Shown here: positions 52,845 through 64,000 of the stretch, one piece after another
How the letters are laid out: each line of letters opens with the position of its first letter
Position numbering within the stretch: position 1 is the stretch's first letter
Assembly: GCA_964016885.1 (NCBI GenBank)
Contig: CAXHJY010000416.1
Location: 62,001-126,000, forward strand
DNA length: 64,000 bases
DNA from: Eledone cirrhosa
Taxonomy: Eukaryota
Reading direction: 5' to 3'
Notes under the pieces: model-generated
The model's input: the letters and a program-made list of their open reading frames with translations, nothing else
Told to the model about the DNA's origin: nothing
The model's database searches: none
Program-made: the position numbers and the translations under genes

Positions 52845-53521
52845 TTAAACCTTAATCTGTACTTATAATAAATATTTGCTCTACGGGTTTTTATATATAT
52901 ATCAATCTTTATCGAGCCCTCTTCGGATTTTAGTCTTCAGATTTATTATTACTATATATATATATATATATTTCGTTACAACAAAGGTTGATACAGATAT
53001 AAAAATATAAAATATATATTTTATATCTTTATATCTGTATCGACCTTCAGTCTTACACTGCTTTGACTGATACACTCCCTTCCCTGTATATATCACATAC
53101 ATGTATGTGGTTGCGCCTGTGTGTATGTTTATATGCGTGTGTCCTTTCATCCTTGTATATGTATATATTTCAATCCTTAGTCCCTGAGTCTGTATGTACG
53201 CTAACTCTATTATCTTACAATTTCTTTTTTCAACATATATTATATACGTATTTGTGGTCACACATACACTCATATGCTTGCCTTCATGTATGTACTTACG
53301 CACACATTTTTTCACTATACACATGCATTTGTACATACATATGTACATTTGTGGGTGCATATACACACATTTATACACATACCCTTACTATATTTCCTTA
53401 TTTTATATATCTCTTGCATTACTTTTATTTATATATAATTTTTTTTGCCCGTTAAACTTTTGCCTTTCTTGGGGAGATTTTTCAAATATTTCACTAGGTT
53501 TTAAATTGCCTTGTGCCTTGT

Positions 53522-53576
53522 CTGACGAACGAATGAGGACGTTTCTTGTATTCGTGAAACCTCTGGTAATGAGGTA
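53522..53576 (+). ncRNA. hammerhead-like motif, stem I degenerate
   Basis: CTGACGA, ACGAAT/ATTCGT, GAAA, CCTC/GAGG, GUA; only 2 bp of stem I. Confidence 0.5.
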
Positions 53577-53602
53577 ATTATATTGTATTGTTTATTATAC
53601 AT

Positions 53603-53636
<34 letters not shown>

Positions 53637-53638
53637 CA

Positions 53639-53820
53639 CACAGTGAAATTGTGTTATAACGAAATTCATAAGGTATAAAGAAAAATTTGTTGTAACGAAA
53701 AATTCTTTATAACGAGATCAGCCAAAATACATTGAGTGTGTGGCTGGGGATTTAAAAATATTTTGTTATACTGAAAAATTTGTTATAATGGTATTTGATA
53801 CAATGGAATTTTACCTGTGT
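53639..53820. mobile_element. decayed Tc1/mariner (Tigger-like) MITE
   Basis: CAGTGAAATTGTGTTATAACG start, internal GTTATAACG motifs, imperfect inverted end. Confidence 0.5.
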
Positions 53821-55632
53821 ATATATATGTAGGTGGATTCCTGATGTATATCAGGAAATAAACACCTTTAAAAAAGGTACTCAATATATTAGTAAAGTAT
53901 AGGCAAAAATTGCCTGACTTTCCTGATGATTTCTTACAAATGAAACAGTTCTAGTCCTGCAGAAGTACTTTCTATAATAATAATTATATATATATATGAA
54001 TAAATATTATTGAAGTTAGTATGATGTTATATGAAGACATTTCCAACATTTCAGACACAAATCCTTCTTGAAGAAAGTTGTATCCTTTCAGAATAGAAGA
54101 TAAGACATCCCATCTTCCAAATTATAAAACAACACATCTTTTCACCCCCAAAGAACTTATGTCCAAAACATTACAGACTGCATAAATGTATATAAATCTA
54201 CAGATTGAATATATAGACATGTAAATGTGTTAGATTTGACATATTCATGTACATCCATGTCAGGATATGACTATAAGAAATAGGTTATATGAGCCTCTCA
54301 GTTACATATTTCCTTGTGACTATTTAGATGTACACATCTTCTGATGAGAACCCATAAGGTTTAAAAAATAATTTCAAAATATTTATCATTTTTCAATTTA
54401 CAAGGAAGTTGTCATCAAATCTGAAATGCTTATATGTCTATGTATTCAATATGTAAATTTATATATACATTTACACAGTTTTGGTTACATCTATAATGTA
54501 TGTACAGATATAAATTTATCATATACTTCAGCATATATATGTACAGCCACCGGAAATAACATCTGTGAAATATACAGCGCCATCTATCCCAATGTGAGAC
54601 AAAAGAACCCTTAAAACCTACCAGAATAAATGCCTACACACCGGCTAAACATCAAACGATTGTTTCTGTATAAATAAAGTGGTTCCAAACACTTCGCCAG
54701 TCGATATTTGGCAGAGTCAGCTAGCGTATCATTGTTCCTCGCCTCTGCCACGCTTTGTCACTCACACACGCCTTGTACCTCGTATCGTCGCTTCATGTGA
54801 AAATAAATAGCTGATCAAATTTACATCTCGCCTTGCTTTGTCCTTTCAACTTGTGCTTTCGTCTGTCCATCCTCAACAGTTCTTTTAAGGGCTATATGCG
54901 ACAACAGTCCTTTTAAGGGCTATCTTCAGATCTGATCAGACCGTATGCGATAACAGTCCTTCTAAGGGCTATTCTCAGATCTGATCGGAAGTAGTGACCA
55001 GACTGACTAACCACGTCGCCACATATATATATATATATATAACAAAGGGTGGTGGATTGGCAGAAACATTAGAGCTTCAAACAAAATGCTTTGCAGTATT
55101 TAGCTGTAGTCTTTTACATTCAGAGTTCAAATTCAAACCATGCCCAATATTGCTTTTTATCTTTGAGTGGTCAATAAAATAATGTATCTGTTAAGCACTA
55201 AGGTTGATATAATCAACTATACCCTTCTCCACAAGCTATGCTAGTATGGTAAGCCGATGTAAAATGATGATGATTGATGTATGTGTACACACACACACAT
55301 ATGTGTGTGTATGAAATCTTGGAATTTTACCATTCTTAAGTTTTTTTTTACTTGGTATCCGACTTGAAAATAATCAAAATTTTACCATCTACATAAGTTC
55401 TTTAGCTTGCTATCCAAGTTTTCTTTGGCAATGCATCTATGTATATATACATATATATGTGTGTGTGTGTGTGTGAGAGGGGTAAGAATCGATCTTTTAA
55501 CATCTTTTCTCTCAGACCTTCTTGAACTATTGTGCCTGCGTAATTCGTACAAACACGCATAATGTGGATACATTTGTCTAGACAATATTTTACCCTTACA
55601 TATATATATTATATATATATTATATATATATA

Positions 55633-55684
55633 AGGATTCCTGGCTTTCACCCAGGCGGCCTGGGTTCAATTCCCGGCATGGGAA
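55633..55684 (+). pseudogene. 5'-truncated tRNA-Glu(TTC) pseudogene
   Basis: AGGATT-CCTGG-CT TTC AC-CCAGG-CGGC-CTGGGTTCAATTCCCGG-CATGGGAA; acceptor 5' strand and most of the D arm replaced by (TA)n. Confidence 0.85.
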
Positions 55685-55740
55685 CGTTTATTTCAAGGGC
55701 GGTGCCCCAGTATGATGGCTGGAACAGGTAAAAGAGTGTA

Positions 55741-55772
<32 letters not shown>

Positions 55773-56645
55773 GAATTAGTATATCAACCAACATATATAT
55801 ACAGATGCATACCTATGCTAGCAAATATATAGGTTTTGTCTTAGTAACTTTGTGGTTCAATGCAAGGGGATGCAGAACAATTATATGAAAGACGTAAAAT
55901 AAGAAAATTATAAAAATTAACTTACTTACTATACCCTTCTCCACAAGTTATGCTAGTATGGTAAGCTGATGTAAAATGATGATGATTGATGTATGTGTAC
56001 ACACTTCGGAAACCATGTTTATTCCCTTTCAGAACTAATTAGTTGGAGTGAAATTTTAGTAAGTAAGTTAATTTTTATAATTTTTATAATTTTCTTGTTT
56101 TACGCCTTTCATATAATTGTTCTGCATCCCCTTGCATTGAACCACAAAGTTACTAAGACAAAACCTATATATTTGCTAGCATAGGTATGCATCTGTATAT
56201 ATATGTTGGTAGATATACTAATTCTTTATAATTATCTCCAAATTATTTTGTTGAGCAAAAATTTGCCAAAATTTGCCAAAACTGCTACTATAGTTCATAG
56301 TAATGGCTCGGCCACTGTCTTTTTAACACCCCACTCCTCACTGATTAACCTCGATGTCACGTGATTGATTCTTTTGAATTTGCTACCGACCAAGTAGGCA
56401 GTGATTTTTTCAATGTCTTGGAATTTAGTCCACGCTTGCTTTTTTCCATCCACTGAATTATTTTTGTATAAGTCCCCTGTGTCCATGCATCGCCTGGTAA
56501 CTTAGCTGAGAACAGACTTCCTGATGACGAAAGGTTTCTTCATGCTTTCCATTCGGAAACCATGTTTATTCCCTTTCAGAAACTAATTAGTTGGAGTGAA
56601 ATTTTAGTAAGTAAGTTAATTTTTATAATTTTCTTATTTTACGTC

Positions 56646-56694
<49 letters not shown>

Positions 56695-59339
56695 TATTTT
56701 ACATACATACAAATATGCATATACTTTATTGACCTGGAAGGAATGACAGGCAATTCTAACACCAGCATGAATTGAGCTCAAAACATATAACTAAATATTG
56801 ATCTCTAATTTAGGCACAAGGTCAGAGAATTTTGTGGAAGGGTAAAGTTTATTAAATAGACCCTAGTACTTGACTGCTACTTTATTTTATCGACCCTGTA
56901 GTGATGAAAAGTAAAGTTGACCATGGTAACATGCCAAAACAAATACGGCAATGATATTTTATCCAACATTCTACCAATCTGCCACCTTTCTATATAATTA
57001 AATACAATAAAGAGTTTTATTCAACGCTCTACTGATTTAACCATTTATCACCCTCATCACAGAGTTTTATAATAAAAAGAAGAATTAATTAGAAGCTTGA
57101 AACCTTAAAAAGATTTGAAAGGTCTTTAAGTAAAAGCAAATTTAGCTGTTAGTTTGCAAAGTGAGAAGAAAACAAATCTATAAAAAATAAATGTTACATT
57201 GATAATGGTGCAATAAATATTCCAATAAATGTTAATCAGTAATGAAATTGAAATCTCAGAACACAGAAACTGGTTCATACAAAAACTATAGCTCTAACCT
57301 ACAGACAATAGTGTAAGGTTATTAGTAAAAATGAATGATTAGGAAAAAAAGGTCAGTAGCGTTGGCCAGAGTTAAGGGGACTAAAACTGATAATCGGTGC
57401 AAAGTTATGATAAATAGAGACCATACAGTTCTGTTGTTTAACCCTTTAGCATTTAAACCTGCCATATCCAGCCAGAACTCTCTCACCTCTTTCTATTCAT
57501 AATCCATAACTGACTACTCGTAGATACCAATGTTAAGGTATTGTTCTCAAAATAAATAACATTAAAATCTTGTAGAGTCAATATTATGTAAGATAAAGTC
57601 TTTACTATGAAGATACAATAGTAAATATAGTTAACTCTTTTGATTCCAAACCCCAAACCATCTGAAACTGTCCTGGATTTATGATACGAAACTCCTCATT
57701 TTAAAATGTTTATCGTTATATTAAATACTTATATCCAAACTACACTCAAGTGGTTGTGTAGGTGTCACGACAAAAAGCACCCAGTCCATGCTGTAAAGTG
57801 GTCATGTAGGAGACACGGTAAAAAAGCTCCCAGTCCACACTGTAAATGTGGTTGATGTTAGGAAGGGCATCCAGCCACAGAAAACCTGCCAGATAAAGTC
57901 CTATACGAGCGAGACATGGTCACCCGATCAAACTTGTCTCAAGCGGGACAATTCCCGTCTAACCCATGCTAGCATGGAAGATAGATGTTAAATGATGATG
58001 ACGACTTCCATCATAATATTTTAGAAATTTTTGTCAAGTAATGTTTTAAATAGCAGCTTATTAATAAAAGAGTTATTTTAATAAACACATCAAACTTATT
58101 AACTGTAACACATTAGAAATATGGTATCTAAAGGGTTAAGTCCTCTATAGTTTGACTGAAGCTCTTCAATTGTTTTAGTTTGAAAAAAAATAGATAATAT
58201 ATTAATTAAAATGCAAGAAGTCAATTTGCAGAGTTGAACTGGCAATAATCCTACAATAAACTAAGTGTCCCATCTAGAGAAGAAATATTTTGTGCATATA
58301 ACTGATGTAATCATCATCATGATTGCATCATCATTTAAGCCTTTAGTATTCACATTACTCTGTCTTTACTATTGTATTTTTGTAGTAAACACTGTATCTC
58401 ACATAATTATCTCACATAATATTGAATCTATGAGATTTTGATATTATTTATTTTGAGAACAATACCTTAACATCAGTATAAGCGGCCAGTTTCAACTGGT
58501 TTGAACAGAAAGAGGTGAGACATTTCTGGCCGGATATGGCCGGTTTGAATGCTAAAGGGATAACATCTGTTCTTCCTGGTCAGAAGTGTTGGATGGGTTG
58601 TCACAAACTAAGTAAGTGTTCAAGCAGAGTTACTGACCAGTCAGATAGACCCATATATCGTTTACATATATTCCTGTACTCTTATTGAGTATTTAGACAG
58701 GCCAGGAGTTTGCAGGATGCTTACATATGTCACTACGCTCTACTGAGTTATTTTATCGAAACATCAACACTAGGGAAGTTTTCATGCCAAGACACAACTG
58801 AAGTGTCCCCATAACCCCTTCAAGGTTTTCTATCGCTTGATGCCCTTTCTATCAACAACCACTTTACAGGGTGTACTATGAGATGTGAAATAATCTTTGT
58901 TTTCAAAACTGATTGATAACAAATTTTAAATCAAATTTAAATCCCCTTCTATGCCAATTTGAAACTTTTGTGAATGGGAATGGGTTAATGGTGGTAGAGG
59001 TGGTAGTAGTAGTGGTGATGGTGGTAGTAGTGGTGGTAGTAGTAGTGGTGGTGGTGCTGGTATCGGTGGTAGTGGTGGTGTTGGTGGTGGTTGTGGCAGT
59101 GTTCATGTTATCATTAAAACTAACAACAGTGTTTTCACAATATTTCCCAGTTGGTGATGAATTACTATAATATTTTAAAATTTCTGTCAAAGGTTTATTT
59201 ATTCTCCCATAACATTATATGAAATAAAGTTATTCTATTTTTGTTATCAGCAGCAGAATAATGTAAGCTTTGTTAATCAATGATTCAACGTTAATAATAA
59301 CATTGATAAGGTTAGGGGAAGCAGTACATTTTATAAATT

Positions 59340-60030
59340 AAGTGTAGATGCCAAGTGCTGCATGGCTGGAATGAAAATCAGTGACATGAAAACAGAGACA
59401 CTTGTCTTCTCAAGAAAGCCTGCGCAGTGCACTCTATATGGGAATGGAGTTCCACTGAAGGAGGTGGAGAAGTTCAAGTATCATGAGTGATGGAAGGCAA
59501 GAGGCTGAATTAAGTGCAGAAATTGCAGGAGCTGGTGCAGTAATGCACCAGCCTACAGCATTCAATAATCAGAAGGGAGGTAGGTGTAAAAGCCAAACTC
59601 ACTATTTTCAATTCGGTATTCGAGCCAACCTTTACCTATGGTCATGAATCATGGATAATAATTGAAAGAATACGATAGCAAATACAAGCGACCAGAATGG
59701 GGTTCCTCCAAAGGGACTTTGGTGTAATGTTACTTAATAGAGTGCATAGCTCGGAGATCAGAGAGCTGCTACTTCTCCGAATTGAGAGGTCACAGCTCCG
59801 ATACTATGGGCATGTGGTTAGAATGTCTGAAGAAAGAATCACTGAACAGATTTTACGAGCAAATTCAACCAGCAGGAGACCCAGGGGTAGATCCCGATGG
59901 TTGGATAACATCCATGAGCTTGACTGGTCTTGCTTGGGCATCCAGCCGGATTAGTTGAAGACAGGACCCATTGGAAGGAGTGTTTGAGAACTCTGCCCCG
60001 ATGACCCTCTCAGGAATAAGTGGGAGAAGT
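59340..60030 (+). mobile_element. decayed RTE/L2-type LINE 3' fragment
   Basis: AGMKIS..KTE, EVEKFKY, LTYGHESW, QLRYYGHVVRM, RPRGR remnants with stops. Confidence 0.8.
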
Positions 60031-60921
60031 GTACAACATTAGTTTGACTGATGTATTAACTGTAGATATATTTTAACCCTTTAATGTTCAAACCAGCCAA
60101 AATTCTCTACCTCTTTCTATTGAAACTGGCTGTAACTGGCCACTCATACAGATGTTAAGGTATTGTTCTCAAAATAAATACTTTCAAAATCTCATAGATT
60201 TGATATTATGTGAGATAATTATGCGAGGTATAGCCTTTACCATGAAAATATAATAGTATATATAGAGTAATGTGAATGCTAAAGGGTTAACACTATAACA
60301 ATAACTATCGAATTGATTAAATATCAGCATGAAAAAAGCTAACATTTAATCAACAATGATATGTTAACAGATGTAACATAACAAATAACAGCTTATTATA
60401 TTGATCACTGCTGCTGCCACCACCAACAACAACACAGCTACCAACCACCACTACCAACAACACTACCAATACCCCCACCACCAACACCACCACCAATACC
60501 ACCACTACCAACACCACCACCACCATCACCAACACCACTACTACCAACACCACCGCTACCACCAACACTATTACCACTACCACCTCCACCAGCAACAACA
60601 ACTACAAAACTTATTCTAAACTAATGAAAGGACTTCTATATAGCATATTATACAGTGATCTATTAAAACTAATCTTGTTTTGGAATTTCTGAGAGCAGGA
60701 ATTATCTTTATTATACACTGTAAACATAGTTGGTTGGTGTTAGGAAGGGCATCCAGCAGTAAAGATCCCAGCCAAATTTACAGTTATGTCTGAGCAAGGT
60801 ACAGCACAGCCAAGTTGCCAGACTTGTCTCATGGTGTGGGTGACCCGTCTAACCCATGCAAACATGGAAAATGGATGTTAAATGGTGATGATACACTGAC
60901 ATATTTAGATCAATTTATAAT

Positions 60922-61105
60922 TGTTTCTACTTTAGGCACAAGGCCAGCAATTACCCAGTGCATTACTGGTACTTTATTTTATCGACCCCGTAAGGATGAA
61001 AGGCAAAGTTAACCTCGGCGGGATTTGAACTCAGATCGTAAAGGGACGTAACTATGCTGGAAAGCATGGCGTCCAACCCTCCACTGATACTGCCAATCCA
61101 CCGCC
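60922..61105 (-). mobile_element. SINE family A, full length, 18-bp TSD
   Basis: TTTAGATCAATTTATAAT at 60904-60921 and 61106-61123. Confidence 0.92.
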
Positions 61106-61679
61106 TTTAGATCAATTTATAATAATGATAAACCAGGACTTGACCAACTGCTTTCTTTTTGTACTGGTCACCGTTGGGACCTCTGATGTCCTTGGGCCCC
61201 AAACTGCCTTTTTCCTCCACAAAATTCGAAGAATTGCTTTCCACCTGATGGAGAAGCTCCATAACATTCAGTAGAATATGAGATTGCAAGTAACCGAGAT
61301 GAGGGCCCCCTCCCCAAGTCCATCTGGAAGGTCAGTAGGCCTACTTGAGTACTGACACAGTCTGTGAAGACCTGTCCGACCCATACTAGCAGAGAGAGCA
61401 GATGTGAAATGATAGTGATGATGATATATTATTATCCTGAAGAAAAAGAATGGCTGAAATTAAAAGTACATTTGTTGTTAATTTACAAGTGTTAAACATC
61501 AAAAGATTAATTTTGTATGATTTCTTTTAAGTGACCAGATAGAAGCATAGACAGCAGAGGTTGAGAACTGTGCATGTTACATGGAAAGGAAGCAACACCA
61601 TATACCAAAAGCTTATCTAACAACAATAACAACAACCACAGGCAAAAGAACAACCACAGACAAGATTCCTGAGCAATAC

Positions 61680-61751
61680 CTCAGTTTCACTGCTAACATC
61701 TGAAATTGCTTCTTGAGCTTCATGTTCTGGTGAAGACACTGGACTTAAACT
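61680..61751 (-). CDS. EEA1: EEA1-like exon (most 5' exon in window), SLSPVSSPEHEAQEAISDVSSETE
   Basis: ttttttccag acceptor, gtattg donor, 72 nt, phase 0/0; joins next exon as SETE|GFICPQC, mirroring vertebrate EEA1 SSEGFICPQC. Confidence 0.75.
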
Positions 61752-62949
61752 CTGGAAAAAAGCAAAAAAAAAAAAGGTGTTTGTTTTTATATTACACAAA
61801 CAGATGTCTGTGACAACATAGCTTAAAGTGTCCCTCCGAGATACAATACAAGAGTTCCAAAGACATGGAAACTGTCAACATATACTAATATATGTTGACC
61901 AAGTGGAGATTTAAGTATGGAATGAAACACTGAAAGAGAAATAGTTATATTTAAATAATCTTTATTATTACTAAAATTATATTTACATTTGTTTTGCAGC
62001 AAAATAGTGATGCACAATAATAACAACCTTATTTAGTAATAGGAAATCCAAGTGGAAGGAAGCTACAGTGGAGGTAGACGAAGGAAAACCTGGGCAGAGG
62101 TAGTGAGAGCTGATCTCAAATTGCTGAGACTGACAGAGGAAGTGACAAAGGACCGTGGCAAGTGAAAAAAAAACAGACGTAAAAACGATGATGATGATGA
62201 TGATGAGAATAAGAACAAGATATAAGAAACTAATCTAGGAAGAAAAGAAAGATATAAAGAAAAACATGTACAAACAGAAAGAATGTAACCATTATAATGT
62301 AGAGAGATGTAAATACTATAGTTAGTGTAAAGTAAGTTTATGTAAACCTTGTAATGTTGTCTAATGTTGATATTATAATGTAAACTGGTTTAGTTGTTAT
62401 AATGTAGGTGATGCCCATGACTATACTTGGCTATTTCAATGTCTTAATGTAGTTGTTGCTCATGACTGAACTTGGTTATTCCAATGTCTTAGCCATGCTA
62501 TCACCTGTAGTAATGTTACTAGTGTGGTGATTTGTATAAAAAATTACTTGAGGAAAACTCCAGCACCCCTAATTTTGGCATGTGATTGAGTGTGGATGTC
62601 TTCTCACATTTTTCTTTTTTTCTTAACATAATTTTTTTTATATTAAGTATTTTTATCTATATGCATTCTGAATCTTTCATATTCAAAACAGAATTCCAAA
62701 AAACATTTTTTAAAGGTATGATAAAAAATGTTAGAGAGAGCTAAAAAAAAAATCTACACAAAAACAAATGAGTTTAACAGTATAGCTGAACAGGTCATTC
62801 CAACTACACTGAAACAAACAGATGAAGTCTACTAACTAACTACTAAATTTATTCATTTCTTTGTGGTGACATGATAAAAGCTTTCCATTTCACACAATCT
62901 ACCATTGACTACCTCAGTTCTTCACTAGATAATTCTGTATCTTCCTCAA

Positions 62950-63160
62950 TAACTCTCTTTAATGTCTTCCATGTTTGTGTTTCACATTTGTGGTCTCCCG
63001 TAGTAAAAGTTTTGTAGTAGGTTCATTGCCTATTGGGCGGGAGATTGCCATGATGTGACCTGCAAGTTGAAAACGCCTGACATGGATGGATGTTTGAAGG
63101 GCAGGAGGTTGCCATAGATGAAATCCAACTTGATCGAACTTGCAACCTAACGTCATTAGA
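62950..63160 (-). mobile_element. decayed RTE-like LINE fragment
   Basis: RRFQLAGH...KLLL..KHGR remnant. Confidence 0.55.
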
Positions 63161-64000
63161 ATCTCATGCTTTCTTTAGGAGTCATATCCCCAAAGATGTA
63201 ACTCAAACAGTAATTGCAAATCTACATCAGTAGATATATGTTGAGTTATATAATTTCACTAAAACTGGACTGAAATAATCACAAGTCCAAAATAATAGGG
63301 GTGGGTGGGGGTGGGGGTGAATGGAATAACGGGGAGGGGGTTAATTTTTCTAGGTTGTCTCTTGATATTTAAAAAAAACAGAAATAGTTGTTTAATTTAC
63401 ATATTGAGCCCCCAACCCATCCTATTTATTTTATAATGTATGGGATTTCTAGTAATGTACTTTTTTTGTCATGTGTAATGTTTTTAATTTCGCAACAAAA
63501 TTAATTGTCGCTGGAATGCTACCACTTAAAATAAAATTTTGCTGGAGATACGTTAGCAAAATTTAACAAGAGGAGGGATGGGGGTGGGGGGCGATTATTC
63601 AAAACCTGCGAGTCGATCTAAATTATCACCTTTCAGTTCACTTTAGGAGTTGTTAGTCCAGAATTATTTTGCAACAAAGAAAGAAATAATTCTTAATAAA
63701 GAACTAGATTTATGTTATGGTATTTTAACCTGTCAAAACAATACAGGGTTAAAATAATAAGTATAAACATTATAAAATCTGAAAGATTAAAAGTTTATTG
63801 ATAAAAGAAAACTAGTTATATTGTTAAATGGAAAAAACATTGTTGTCTCTGATCGAGACAAAGCGAGAGTGTATTTCAATACATATAAAAATGAAAAAAC
63901 TCATTGCTAGAAAAGCCATTAAAAGAGCCAAAAACTGTCAGACAGCAAGGGGCAAAAATGCCTCAGGGGAAATAGACCAGCAGCTGGTGGTCAACAGAGA

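Noticed and set aside
58903-60619. Poly-T/V/H ORFs (also 3403-3609 and 26107-26448)
   Set aside because: Trinucleotide and (CA)n simple repeats, not in phase-compatible exons

Overview
AT-rich, repeat-dense animal genomic DNA. The SINE/LINE content and (TA)n load suggest an octopod cephalopod, which is an inference. The whole window lies inside one minus-strand gene, an EEA1 (early endosome antigen 1) orthologue. I could chain 20 GT-AG exons (61751 to 1551; 2196 nt, 732 codons, no stops). The start codon lies to the right of the window and the FYVE end to the left. Unusually, the N-terminus has two tandem EEA1-type C2H2 zinc-finger exons, and the first is a skippable phase-0/0 exon. The 22-kb intron between them is a (TA)n-rich insertion hotspot. 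It holds RTE-clade LINEs, a young Penelope-like element (RT + GIY-YIG) with 1.35-kb inverted arms, a GC-rich CRE-like RLE retrotransposon with an N-terminal PHD finger, and many SINEs. Folding by eye shows several type I hammerhead ribozymes. One has a compensatory U3-A8 core and sits in both Penelope arms, with the left copy in sense to the EEA1 pre-mRNA. Another, nearly intact, is at 31076-31157, and several degenerate relics occur in fold-back elements. Also present: TTAA piggyBac-type MITEs, minisatellites, local templated duplications and a truncated tRNA-Glu.
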